A stretch of 64,000 nt of DNA from contig CAZCRK010000004.1 in assembly GCA_964501035.1 (NCBI GenBank), positions 1-64,000 on the forward strand. Reading direction: 5' to 3'. Position numbers and translations under genes: made by a program. Under the pieces are notes generated by a model. The model had not been told where the DNA came from. It saw only the letters and a program-made list of their open reading frames with translations, and did no database searches. Of this stretch, positions 30,213 to 39,805 are shown piece by piece (within the stretch, counting starts at the first letter, position 1; every line of letters begins with the position of its first letter).

Positions 30213-31237
30213 GGCACTAAAACAATTTTTCCGATTTGTTGTCGATTTTCAATTCGTTTATGTGCTTCTTGTATATCTGACATTTTAAAAATTGAATCCA
30301 TAAAGGGAAAATACTTTTTTTCATGTATCTTTTTCATCATGGCATTAAAACTATTTAAATCTGACATTGTTGACCCTAATATTGATTGTTGTTTCATGAA
30401 AATATGACGTAAATCAATTTTTACATTTGGTCCAGTTGTTGCTCCACATGTTACTAATCTACCCCCTTTAGCAAGCAATCGCATTGAATTATTCCATGTT
30501 GCTGGGCCTATATGTTCGAATATTACATTAACTTTAACTTTGTTTAAATGGAGTATAACTTGTCTAGTCCAGTCTGTTTTTGAATGTAAAACTACGTAAT
30601 CTGCACCCATTTTTTCAGCATGTTGAATTTTATCTTTACTGCCTACTGTTGTTATAACATGAGCACCTTGGTCTTTTGCAATTTGAATTCCAGCAGATCC
30701 AACTCCTGATGTAGCACCATATATTAAAACTGTTTCACCTTTTTGCAGTTTAGCTCGTGTCATGAGCATTTGATATGCTGTCATGAACACAAGTGGCATG
30801 GAAGATACTTCATTAAAACTCAAGTGAGAGGGTTTAAGTGCAATATTTTCTACAGGTAAAACGATATACTCAGCCTGAGTTCCATTTTCAGTTTCACCTA
30901 ATATACCATACTTTTTACAGTAATTTTGAAGGCCAATGTTGCAATGAGTGCATTGGTTACAAAAAGTACCAGGTTGGACAACTATCTCATCACCAATTTT
31001 AAATTGCTCTACATGGTTTCCTATTTCGACAATTTCACCTGCACCGTCAGAACCCATTATCAGTGGAAGAGGAATTTTGATCCCGGGTAGCCCTTTCCTA
31101 ACCCAAATATCTAAGTGGTTAATAGATGATGCTTTAATCTTAACTTTTACAGAATTTGGTGTACAAACTGGATCAGGGTATTCACTCCATTCTAATACAT
31201 TTCTATCACCATGAGACTTAATCAGAACTGCCTTCAA
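30209..31237 (-). CDS. Zinc-binding alcohol dehydrogenase/MDR-family oxidoreductase
   Basis: GSDGAG; CxxCxxC(x7)C structural Zn site; GATSGVG. Confidence 0.92.
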   Translation of the reverse strand: MKAVLIKSHGDRNVLEWSEYPDPVCTPNSVKVKIKASSINHLDIWVRKGLPGIKIPLPLIMGSDGAGEIVEIGNHVEQFKIGDEIVVQPGTFCNQCTHCNIGLQNYCKKYGILGETENGTQAEYIVLPVENIALKPSHLSFNEVSSMPLVFMTAYQMLMTRAKLQKGETVLIYGATSGVGSAGIQIAKDQGAHVITTVGSKDKIQHAEKMGADYVVLHSKTDWTRQVILHLNKVKVNVIFEHIGPATWNNSMRLLAKGGRLVTCGATTGPNVKIDLRHIFMKQQSILGSTMSDLNSFNAMMKKIHEKKYFPFMDSIFKMSDIQEAHKRIENRQQIGKIVLVP

Positions 31238-31398
31238 TCGATATCCTCAAATTCTGCATCTTTAATATCTAAACCATCTTTTCGAGAACTTTTATTTATA
31301 TGTGATTTTACATTATTTTTTGGATTTTTGACTATTAGTTGAGTTAATTTTCGAAAAATCCAAAATAGTACAATCCATATTGCGATTGTTTTAATCAT
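31234..31398 (-). CDS. 54-aa single-TM protein with acidic C-terminal motif; not in the ORF track
   Basis: Manual translation MIKTIAIWIVLFWIFRKL...DIKDAEFEDID*; overlaps both neighbours and fills the gap exactly. Confidence 0.8.
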   Translation of the reverse strand: MIKTIAIWIVLFWIFRKLTQLIVKNPKNNVKSHINKSSRKDGLDIKDAEFEDID

Positions 31399-32038
31399 TT
31401 GATCTTTTTAGTGGATTGAAATAACGTGTGCCTTGTGACGGTGTTTGAATGAAGTTCATAATTTCTTCTAGATCTCTATCATTATTCACAAAGTCGATAT
31501 CATTTGTATTTATTATCAACAAAGGACTTTTATCATACCTAAAGAAGTATTCATTATACAGTTGATTTAAAGCATCAATATATTTCCAATCTATATTTAG
31601 CTCATAATCTCTACCTCGAGATTTAATATTCTGAAGTAATCGTTCTGTATCAGATTGCAAAAATATGACCAAATCGGGATAAGCTACATTTTTTTCTAAT
31701 AAACGCGCAACTGAATCATATAATGACATTTCTTTATCATTTAAATTTAGTGCAGCAAATAACCTATCCTTTACAAACATATAATCTGAAACAATTGCAT
31801 TTGTAAATAAATCAGTTTGTTGTAAATCTAGTTGTTGTTTGTAACGAGAAAGTAAGAAAAATAACTGAACTTGAAAAGCAAATCGTTCAGGTTCTTTGTA
31901 AAATTCAGTTAAAAATGGATTTTCTTCAAATTCTTCTAACACCAACCTGCCGTTCAGACGTTCAACCAAAATTTTAGCTAAACTTGTTTTACCTACACCA
32001 ATAGTACCTTCAATTGCAATATGATACGCTGATTTCAC
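31391..32038 (-). CDS. Deoxynucleoside kinase
   Basis: IEGTIGVGKT; NPFL..FY; QLFFLLSR; RGRDYE. Confidence 0.93.
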   Translation of the reverse strand: MKSAYHIAIEGTIGVGKTSLAKILVERLNGRLVLEEFEENPFLTEFYKEPERFAFQVQLFFLLSRYKQQLDLQQTDLFTNAIVSDYMFVKDRLFAALNLNDKEMSLYDSVARLLEKNVAYPDLVIFLQSDTERLLQNIKSRGRDYELNIDWKYIDALNQLYNEYFFRYDKSPLLIINTNDIDFVNNDRDLEEIMNFIQTPSQGTRYFNPLKRSND

Positions 32039-32541
32039 TATATTTCTGCCATTTCCTTTTTGAATAGTATGACTGTTGAATTATCCGTTGATGATTTCAA
32101 AAGTTCATAAACTGAAACATTTCCCCCTGGCAATATATAATCTTTAGCTATGTCTGACCAAGGCTGTAGAACAAATTTTCTTTCTTTTACTTTTGAATGA
32201 GGAATAGTTAAATTTGGTTCATTAACAATTAAATCCCCATAGGTTAAGATATCAATATCAATAATTCTAGGGCCATATCTTTTTGATGTCAATTTTCGTC
32301 CGGACGTTTTTTCAATATTTTTTATTGTTTTTAATAACTGTCTATATGAAAGTTTTGTTTTTATTTGTATTACTATATTTAGGAACTTGTTTTGATTTAA
32401 AACATAAAGCGGTTCCGTTTCATAAATAGGAGATACTAATATAACTTTCACACCATTTGAAGTTGCTAGAGATTTGATTCCTTGTGACAAGTTTTCCTCC
32501 CTATTTGAAATATTTGAACCTAAAGATAAAAATACTTTCAT
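32038..32541 (-). CDS. folK: 2-amino-4-hydroxy-6-hydroxymethyldihydropteridine diphosphokinase
   Basis: LGSN; YETEP; GPRIIDIDIL; IPH..ERKFVL. Confidence 0.95.
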   Translation of the reverse strand: MKVFLSLGSNISNREENLSQGIKSLATSNGVKVILVSPIYETEPLYVLNQNKFLNIVIQIKTKLSYRQLLKTIKNIEKTSGRKLTSKRYGPRIIDIDILTYGDLIVNEPNLTIPHSKVKERKFVLQPWSDIAKDYILPGGNVSVYELLKSSTDNSTVILFKKEMAEI

Positions 32542-32897
32542 AAATTTTCTTTATTTAAATGTATTTCCACTTCAACACTATGGCAAGGAAAATTTAAAGG
32601 GGCATTCGGTTTTCGTAATAAAATATGAACAGAATCAACATCATAGTGCTTGAGAATACTAGTTCCAATTTTATGTGCAACAGTTTCAATTAAATCCATT
32701 GAGATTTCAGTAAACTTTTCAACTACAAAATCTATAACCTCTGAGTAATTGACTGTACAACTTATATCATCATTTAACTCAAGATGAGGTATTGTCATTG
32801 TGATGTCAATTTCAAACATTTGCCCTGTTTCTTTTTCTTCAGGTAAAACACCATGATATGCTAATATTTGGAGATTATTTATTCTTATCTTAGTCAT
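32538..32897 (-). CDS. folB: Dihydroneopterin aldolase
   Basis: YHGVLPEE; TVNY; LIETVA; RKP. Confidence 0.92.
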   Translation of the reverse strand: MTKIRINNLQILAYHGVLPEEKETGQMFEIDITMTIPHLELNDDISCTVNYSEVIDFVVEKFTEISMDLIETVAHKIGTSILKHYDVDSVHILLRKPNAPLNFPCHSVEVEIHLNKENL

Positions 32898-33507
32898 CTA
32901 GCTTCACCATTTCGACAAAAATTTCATTTCCTTTTCGGGGCAGTATTGATTCATCTGGAAAATGTTTTGAAACTAACTCAAATTTTGATTCAAAAAGTGG
33001 AAGGGTTTTTTCTAACTGAACAGCAAATGGTGGACCTCCTTCATCTTCCTTTTTGTTGATTGGAAATAGAAAACCAACAAATTTTCCACCTGGTTTTAAA
33101 ATATTAAATACTACATCAATATATTCTGAACGTCTTGTTGGATTGATTGCACAAAAACATGTTTGTTCCACAACAATATCGTAAGAGCTTTTGTAAGATT
33201 TAGGTAGATTGAAAATATCTTCTTGAATAACATTTAAAGTTAGATCTTTCTCTTTTGCTACTTGTTTCATACACTGTACTGGTAATTTTGCAAAATCAAC
33301 TGCAGAAACTATATGGCCTTTCGAGCAAAAGTGTAACGCATCATATCCATTACCAGCTCCCAAAATACAGATATGTTGACTTGGCTTTTGTGTTTCTATC
33401 CATGAAGAAAAAAAAGGTGTTGGTCCGCCTAAATCCCAACCAATATCATTTAATTTATACTTCTGATTCCAAAATTCAGAGTCAGAAACCAACTTATTTT
33501 CAGCCAT
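32890..33507 (-). CDS. TPMT/thiol-halide S-methyltransferase family
   Basis: FW..Y..GWDLG.PTP; GAGNGYD; EQTCFCAI; GGPPF. Confidence 0.88.
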   Translation of the reverse strand: MAENKLVSDSEFWNQKYKLNDIGWDLGGPTPFFSSWIETQKPSQHICILGAGNGYDALHFCSKGHIVSAVDFAKLPVQCMKQVAKEKDLTLNVIQEDIFNLPKSYKSSYDIVVEQTCFCAINPTRRSEYIDVVFNILKPGGKFVGFLFPINKKEDEGGPPFAVQLEKTLPLFESKFELVSKHFPDESILPRKGNEIFVEMVKLDD

Positions 33508-33547
33508 AATTCGTTAAAACATCCAAATATATTGGTTGTAAAATAAT

Positions 33548-33594
33548 AAATTCCCCTCAGGCAATAAAATCAATAATTGCTATGAGGGGAATTT
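33548..33594 (-). terminator. Rho-independent terminator of the ECF sigma operon
   Basis: AAATTCCCCTCA...TGAGGGGAATTT inverted repeat followed by a T-rich tract on the minus strand. Confidence 0.75.
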
Positions 33595-33614
33595 TAAGGA
33601 TTAAATTTAATCAA

Positions 33615-34079
33615 TTAAAACCGGCGATTCAACCTTCCTTGCCTTCCCTTAAGATTTTTTAATTTATTTTTCATTTGCTTTTTAAATTTTCTTTCGAATG
33701 TCAAATATTTTACTTTTTGTTTGCTAGATAAAATATCATCACAATTTTTAAAATGATTTTGCTTTAGAGATATTATGTCTTCATCAAGTTCATAGAGTGA
33801 GTCAATAATATCATTTATTTCTGAAGATTTTATACTTTCGTCTTCTAACATGTTTTCAAGTTTTTCAAAATATTCTTTCTTTTGCGCCTGTATTGATTTT
33901 AGATCTTTTTCAAATGACCGCAATCTTGGAAAAAACTTTTCTGCTTGGTCTTCCTCCAATTCTAAGTACTCTATTAATTTCCACTTTCGTATCATTTCAA
34001 TATCATCTTTTTCAGGTCTATGAAGGGGTTGTGAAAACAATAGTGAATAAGTAAATATTGCAAAAATTATGTATCTCAT
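33615..34079 (-). CDS. Secreted helical protein, Spy/CpxP-like
   Basis: Signal peptide; LEL.EDQ..KF and IL.SKQ motifs (LTxEQ-like); third gene of the ECF cassette. Confidence 0.7.
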   Translation of the reverse strand: MRYIIFAIFTYSLLFSQPLHRPEKDDIEMIRKWKLIEYLELEEDQAEKFFPRLRSFEKDLKSIQAQKKEYFEKLENMLEDESIKSSEINDIIDSLYELDEDIISLKQNHFKNCDDILSSKQKVKYLTFERKFKKQMKNKLKNLKGRQGRLNRRF

Positions 34080-34082
34080 GTA

Positions 34083-34415
34083 TTATCCTTTCATTTTATC
34101 TATTTTATTCAATTCAATTTCATTTAAAGTCTCTTTGAATTCTAAAAATACTTCATACAATTCCATATCTTCAATTACATAAGAAAATGCTTGATAGTCC
34201 TCAATATCAACTATTTCTTCCCATATATAATATTCTGATTCACTTCTGCTATATTCAACCCAAGCTTTTTCATAATGTGAATTTAGGATTAACAGGGCAG
34301 ATTGAATGCTTATTAAACTTGTAAAACCAACTAAGAGTACTAAATTTCTAAGTCCATTTATTTTTTTCTTTTTAGAAATCTTTTTATGTACACTATTTAG
34401 AAAATTGTTATTCAT
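34083..34415 (-). CDS. Single-TM protein, probable anti-sigma factor
   Basis: One TM helix; overlaps the ECF sigma stop codon. Confidence 0.6.
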   Translation of the reverse strand: MNNNFLNSVHKKISKKKKINGLRNLVLLVGFTSLISIQSALLILNSHYEKAWVEYSRSESEYYIWEEIVDIEDYQAFSYVIEDMELYEVFLEFKETLNEIELNKIDKMKG

Positions 34416-34926
34416 TAATGTACCCTTTTAAATTTATTTTCGCCTTATGAAATGATACTTTAGCAGAGTTTTCAGAAATTGATAAAATTTGCGAAATTTG
34501 TTTAAATGACATGTCTTGATAAATTCTTAATAAAACAATATTTCGTTGCACTTTAGGTAATTTTTTTGATGCTATGAGTAAAGCAGATTTCAGTTCAACA
34601 TCAAAAGAATATTTAGTTGAATCTTCTGTTTCAGTTTTCAACTCAAAACCAAACCAGGATAATAATTTTTGTTTTCTAAAATAGTTATTTGTCTGATTCA
34701 TCACAATCCTATAAAGCCAGGTTTTAAACTCTGATTCAAATCTAAAAGTTGGTAACTTAAAATATAATTTTACAAAAATATCTTGCGAAATATCTTCTGA
34801 ATCTTCAGCATGTTTTACCATACTTCTTACAAAATCAGTAACCCAGGCTTGATGACGCTTCACCAATTCGTTAAAAGCATTTTCATCACCTGCAATGAAA
34901 TATTCTATTAATTCTACATCATTCAT
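34408..34926 (-). CDS. ECF-family RNA polymerase sigma factor
   Basis: GDENAFNELV; EDISQD.F; FKTWLYRI..N; region-4 HTH. Confidence 0.95.
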   Translation of the reverse strand: MNDVELIEYFIAGDENAFNELVKRHQAWVTDFVRSMVKHAEDSEDISQDIFVKLYFKLPTFRFESEFKTWLYRIVMNQTNNYFRKQKLLSWFGFELKTETEDSTKYSFDVELKSALLIASKKLPKVQRNIVLLRIYQDMSFKQISQILSISENSAKVSFHKAKINLKGYINE

Positions 34927-34943
34927 GCGTCATCATAGATTAG

Positions 34944-34969
34944 GACAATGGGAATTATAATAGGTTAAC
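34944..34969 (-). promoter_or_regulatory. Putative ECF autoregulatory promoter
   Basis: Minus strand GTTAAC-N17-GTC, ending 17 nt before the ATG; matches the generic ECF AAC...GTC layout. Confidence 0.5.
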
Positions 34970-35037
34970 TGTTTATTTTTGTACTTTATCTAAAAGTATT
35001 GCAATTTTAATATGACAAAGTTTATGAAGAAATTTCA

Positions 35038-35232
35038 TTAAATCAATGACACGTTTTCAGCTTCATCACCACGTTGACCTTGGAAGACATCAAATTTTAC
35101 ATGTGCACCAATTTTTAGTTTCTGACCCTTGCGAACATTACTGATATTTATAAAATAATCATAACCATCTTCATCTTCAATAAAACCCCAACCTTTACTA
35201 GCATCCCAATTTTTAACAATACCAGTAATCAT
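35038..35232 (-). CDS. Cold-shock domain protein
   Basis: GIVKNWD..KGWGFI..DYF. Confidence 0.92.
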   Translation of the reverse strand: MITGIVKNWDASKGWGFIEDEDGYDYFINISNVRKGQKLKIGAHVKFDVFQGQRGDEAENVSLI

Positions 35233-35586
35233 CTAATCATCCTCTTTGTTTGAAAACTTAAAACCAATTTCTTTTTCAAATTCACTGGGGAAGTCATATC
35301 CTTCTCTTTCTGGATAATGCATAATAGTGTTAACATGATCCCAAGGAATTAAAAAGTTGGTGGGTATTTGTTCTGTGCTTTGCTTGTCTACTGGCAGAGG
35401 TTTTCCTTTTTCATCTTCAGCATGAGTAAGAAATAATCCCGGGTGTTCTACCCATAAACCTAAATGGTCATGGCCTTGAATTAAAAAATGTCCAGCTTTA
35501 ACTTGAATACCAATATCTTTAAATCTACTTTCGTCAACAAAAGACAAATACACAATATCCCCAATAATTTGATCAACATTAAACAT
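35233..35586 (-). CDS. Hypothetical protein (possible Sm/LSm-like fold)
   Basis: 117-aa ORF tightly packed between the M16 protease and the CSP gene; fold call tentative. Confidence 0.7.
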   Translation of the reverse strand: MFNVDQIIGDIVYLSFVDESRFKDIGIQVKAGHFLIQGHDHLGLWVEHPGLFLTHAEDEKGKPLPVDKQSTEQIPTNFLIPWDHVNTIMHYPEREGYDFPSEFEKEIGFKFSNKEDD

Positions 35587-35588
35587 GT

Positions 35589-38384
35589 TTATTCTCCATT
35601 TTTAGGATATAAAGTTATTTTAGAATATCTATACTTTGGAAAATGTTTCTTAGCTAACTTTTGTATGTTGGCAGTTGTAAGCGATTCAATCCTCTTATTT
35701 CGATAAAGAATATCATTTGGATGTACTTCATGTATAAAACAACTTGAGATTGCATTTAGCCAATATGTATTAGTTTGGAGATTTATTTCTCTTTGATTTA
35801 AATCCTTTTCAATAATATTTTGAATTTCACTATTTGTTGGCCCTTCTTTTTTAAAACTCTTTATTGCATTAAAAATAGCATCAGTCATCAAATCTACATT
35901 ATCAGGAGCACTGCTAAAAGAAATTGTTGTTGTTGCATAAGTGTCTCCAGGAGCTGAATTAAAATTCCTAACTCCAACATGATACGTTGCACTCATCTCT
36001 TCTCTTAAAAGTTTTCGTAAACGTATATTCAATATTTTTGTCATAGCGTAGAGTTGATATTGCGTATTAAAATCAAAATATCCTGGCTTAAAGAAGGTGA
36101 TTTTTGTTTTACTTTTCTCTTCGGAACCCATATAGATATTTTCTTTTTTTGGAAAGAAAGGAAATTTAAAATTCAATTTTTTGATTTCAGTTATTTTATT
36201 GGTTTGCTGTGGAATACTACCCAGATACAATTTGGCATATTCTTGTAATATGTTCATATTTACATTTCCAACAATTACAACCTTAAAATTCGAAGGATTA
36301 CTAAATCTTTGCTTGTAAATTTCTAAAGATTTATTTAAATCTACTTTATCTAACAAATCTGTGCTAAATGGTTGTTTTGCATAATGATTTGAAAAATTTA
36401 CTTTGGTTACCAAATCACCCCATTGTGATTCAGGGTCATTACTTTTGTTCTCAATAAATGCTTTATATCTATTCACCATACTTTCAAATTGTTCAGGATC
36501 AGAGTTTGGTTGTGTAAAATATAAATAAATGAGTTGAAATGCTGTTTCCAAATCTTTTGGAGTTGATTTTGCGTTGATTCCATGAAAATATTGTTGAAAA
36601 TATGGAGTTACAGTAACTTCTTTCCCTGATAATAATTTTTCAAGCTGAGTTGACGTAAAACCTCCTACTCCTGAATAATTAACAATATCACACGCTAACA
36701 TAACTGATGGATAATCGTCCACAGGTGTTAGAGAGTTCCCTCCTTTTGCGAAAATATTTATTAATATTTCATCATTTTTAAAATTGGTTGGTTTTATATT
36801 TACTTCAAATCCATTGGATAAAACAAATGTATGCATATCAAGTTCTGTATTTACAAATTCAGATATAATATGACCATTTTGTGCAATATTTTCTACGAGT
36901 GGTTGGTCAGAATCATCATCCAGATATGGATCTAGCTGCAATTTAGCAACATGTTCTACAATCTCGAGTATTTCAGCCTCGGTTGGAGTTAAAACATTTT
37001 CTAATTCTGGTGCAGAAACTTGGATCACTTTGTTATTATCAGTAAAATATTCCTGAGACAAACTATTCACTTCATCTAGTTTGATTTCCTGTAGGAGTAA
37101 TTGTGAAGTTTTGTATTCCCATTCAATTCCCGGCAATGGTTCAGCATCTAAATAATAATCAATAATACCATTCACTAATCGTTTGCTTTCTGTTTTTTCA
37201 CGTTCATTATATTGCTTTTCAAGAGCGGAATGCGAACGGCTAATAGCCCTATTTAACTCTGATTGTAAAAAACCATGTTGTTTTAATCGTTCAACTTCCG
37301 ACAATGCAGATTTTAAACCATTTTCCAATTTATCATTCATGGTATATACACCTACTGTTGTCAGTTCCTTTGTTTGTACGAATGACCCCATCCATGAATA
37401 TGCCTGAACAAATGGTGCTTCACTGCTATGAGATAGTTCGGCAAATCTCTGATTTAACATATCAAAATATAAGTTTTGAATTAAAGATTCTCTATAATTT
37501 TGAACATTAGTAATATCAACAACTTCGTGTTTATATGTTATGTTTGCAGAAGTCATACGTGCCTCTGGATCCGTAGATATCACAACACGAGTTTCATCAT
37601 GGCTTGGCACATCATAAGTTGAAGGATTTATATTAGAATTATTTTTTATTCTACCGAAATATCTTTTAATATATTTTTCAACAGTTTCAACATCAAAATC
37701 ACCAACAGCAATGAAGGACATCAAGTCTGGTCTATACCAGGTATTGTAAAATTCCCGAACTCGATCTGTTGAAACATTTTCAATGACCTCAACCTTGCCT
37801 ATAGGCAATCTATTTGCATACTTAGATCCTTCAAATAAAACTGGAAATTGCTCATTAAAGACACGCGTACTTGCTCCTTGCCTTAATCTCCATTCTTCAA
37901 TAACAACACCACGTTCTTTCTCTATTTCTTCATCTTCAAATGTAACATAGCTTGCCCATTCACTTAATATTTCAATTCCTGAAATAAATTTAACCGAATC
38001 ATCAGTTGGTATTTGTAACATATATACAGTTCTATCAAAAGTAGTATATGCATTTAAATCAGGACCAAATTGCATACCAATTGATTCTAAATAATCGACT
38101 AACTCATTTTTGGGATACTTTTCTGTACCATTAAAGCACATATGTTCCACTAAATGTGCAACACCCTGTTGGTCATCATCTTCATCTACAGATCCAATAT
38201 TAACAGCAAGTCGTAACTCAGCTCTGTTTTCAGGTTTTGAATTTTGTTTTATGTAATAGGTAAAACCATTTTCCAGTCTACCTTCACGTACTGAACTATC
38301 AAATGGAATATTCTCTGTTAAGTTTATTTGACTAAATAGAAACCAAGGTATAAATAGAAAATATTTTACAAATTTAATAAACAT
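35589..38384 (-). CDS. Secreted M16 (insulinase/PqqL-like) zinc protease
   Basis: HLVEHMCFNGT inverted Zn motif; NAYTTFDRT; ERGVVIEEWR. Confidence 0.95.
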   Translation of the reverse strand: MFIKFVKYFLFIPWFLFSQINLTENIPFDSSVREGRLENGFTYYIKQNSKPENRAELRLAVNIGSVDEDDDQQGVAHLVEHMCFNGTEKYPKNELVDYLESIGMQFGPDLNAYTTFDRTVYMLQIPTDDSVKFISGIEILSEWASYVTFEDEEIEKERGVVIEEWRLRQGASTRVFNEQFPVLFEGSKYANRLPIGKVEVIENVSTDRVREFYNTWYRPDLMSFIAVGDFDVETVEKYIKRYFGRIKNNSNINPSTYDVPSHDETRVVISTDPEARMTSANITYKHEVVDITNVQNYRESLIQNLYFDMLNQRFAELSHSSEAPFVQAYSWMGSFVQTKELTTVGVYTMNDKLENGLKSALSEVERLKQHGFLQSELNRAISRSHSALEKQYNEREKTESKRLVNGIIDYYLDAEPLPGIEWEYKTSQLLLQEIKLDEVNSLSQEYFTDNNKVIQVSAPELENVLTPTEAEILEIVEHVAKLQLDPYLDDDSDQPLVENIAQNGHIISEFVNTELDMHTFVLSNGFEVNIKPTNFKNDEILINIFAKGGNSLTPVDDYPSVMLACDIVNYSGVGGFTSTQLEKLLSGKEVTVTPYFQQYFHGINAKSTPKDLETAFQLIYLYFTQPNSDPEQFESMVNRYKAFIENKSNDPESQWGDLVTKVNFSNHYAKQPFSTDLLDKVDLNKSLEIYKQRFSNPSNFKVVIVGNVNMNILQEYAKLYLGSIPQQTNKITEIKKLNFKFPFFPKKENIYMGSEEKSKTKITFFKPGYFDFNTQYQLYAMTKILNIRLRKLLREEMSATYHVGVRNFNSAPGDTYATTTISFSSAPDNVDLMTDAIFNAIKSFKKEGPTNSEIQNIIEKDLNQREINLQTNTYWLNAISSCFIHEVHPNDILYRNKRIESLTTANIQKLAKKHFPKYRYSKITLYPKNGE

Positions 38385-38408
38385 TATTTGCTCCTTTTTG
38401 TTTAAACA

Positions 38409-38434
38409 GAAAAAGGGGAATATTCCCCTTTTTC
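38409..38434. terminator. Perfect 26-bp palindrome, likely intrinsic terminator
   Basis: GAAAAAGGGGAATATTCCCCTTTTTC. Confidence 0.8.
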
Positions 38435-38458
38435 AACAAAATTCTTTTGATATAAGTA

Positions 38459-38953
38459 CTACTTTTTCTTTTCAGGATGTTCTGTTTCAACTTTAAGTTT
38501 TAAATTTTCAAAGTCATCACGCATAGTACTAATATCATTTTTGATGTTTCGTAAATCTCTATCTGTTTTGCGTTTATACGAGTCGAATGCATCGCTAACA
38601 TTTCTAACATCATCCTTTACACGATCAATTTTTGAAATTAAAACTTCTTCAAGCTGGTCAATTGAAAATTTAATTTCTTCAAAAACAAGATTAATTGAGT
38701 CCATTTTTTCTGCATAAGCTTTATAATGTGCCTGTGTTTCTAGTTGCAATGTTTGTACATGTTTTGATGTTCCAATCCATTTCTTTTCTAACCTATTATA
38801 CACTTCAATAGTTGAATTTACATCACCAGACAATTCTGTATCGTTTTCATGTAAGCTTGCCATAGTGTTTGTTCGTTCTTGATCAATAACTAACCAATAA
38901 TACGAACCAGCTACAATTATTAAAAATGTTACAATTCCAATTACCCTTTGCAT
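38459..38953 (-). CDS. Membrane-anchored coiled-coil hypothetical protein
   Basis: N-terminal TM helix; heptad-rich remainder; followed by a terminator. Confidence 0.75.
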   Translation of the reverse strand: MQRVIGIVTFLIIVAGSYYWLVIDQERTNTMASLHENDTELSGDVNSTIEVYNRLEKKWIGTSKHVQTLQLETQAHYKAYAEKMDSINLVFEEIKFSIDQLEEVLISKIDRVKDDVRNVSDAFDSYKRKTDRDLRNIKNDISTMRDDFENLKLKVETEHPEKKK

Positions 38954-38955
38954 AC

Positions 38956-39276
38956 TTATCCTTTACTACTTTGTTCAATATTTTCTAGTTTACGTTCCCA
39001 CTCAGATACATTATTTTCAGTTCTTTTCTTTAATGAAGATGTCTTGTCGGAACGTATCATTTTAAGCATATTTTGACGTTCCTCTTCCCTAACTTTTAAC
39101 TGACTAAACATGGCATTCATTTCGGTATTGAATTCATTGATTGTCACCTCAATTCTGCCCATAAGTTCATCCATTAAGACGCTACCATATGTATCATTAA
39201 TTCCTTCAAGTAAATCACCTAAGGTGTCACTTAAGTACTTTTTTCTTCCATCTTTACTATTTAAATCGTTTCCCAA
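38956..39276 (-). CDS. Helical hypothetical protein
   Basis: 106-aa ORF, TTG start, coupled to the downstream gene. Confidence 0.7.
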   Translation of the reverse strand: MGNDLNSKDGRKKYLSDTLGDLLEGINDTYGSVLMDELMGRIEVTINEFNTEMNAMFSQLKVREEERQNMLKMIRSDKTSSLKKRTENNVSEWERKLENIEQSSKG

Positions 39277-39366
39277 TTATAACCTTGATTTAGTTAATAT
39301 ATATTCAAAATATTGGTCTAAATTTTTAACATTTTTTTATAAGCTGCAAAGGTAAATTTTAAAAAA

Positions 39367-39792
39367 TTACAAACTAGTTTCATTTTCTGCGTCATTTTTT
39401 GCCTCAAAATGGTTTAACAATTCGCGGCTACTTGTCATCATAAAATAAACCAAAACACATAACACAATTGCATATAGTACAAATCCTGAACCAATTGTAA
39501 TGCCAAGAATGCTAGAAAATATTAAAATCATCCTATCTTCTATACAATTCTTTTTTGTTAGTGAGTTGACTATTACTAAAACAGCGAATGTGGATAATCC
39601 ATAACTAAACCCAATTGATTCACCTGGAAACTGACTCGTTAGAGAAACAATTGAAGCGGACAACACTCCGATGAGTGAAGTGAGCACTACAAATGCTTCA
39701 GTTCTTTCTTCTTTTGATTTAGCATAGCTGACTGCACCACTGATTATGGCGGTAAATATTATTTTAAATGCGAAAGATATAAATCCAAACAT
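39367..39792 (-). CDS. MgtC/SapB-like membrane protein (divergent)
   Basis: Several TM helices; ILGITIGSG resembles the MgtC aiG.a.G.G motif. Confidence 0.55.
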   Translation of the reverse strand: MFGFISFAFKIIFTAIISGAVSYAKSKEERTEAFVVLTSLIGVLSASIVSLTSQFPGESIGFSYGLSTFAVLVIVNSLTKKNCIEDRMILIFSSILGITIGSGFVLYAIVLCVLVYFMMTSSRELLNHFEAKNDAENETSL

Positions 39793-39805
39793 GTTCTTAA
39801 TTTAA

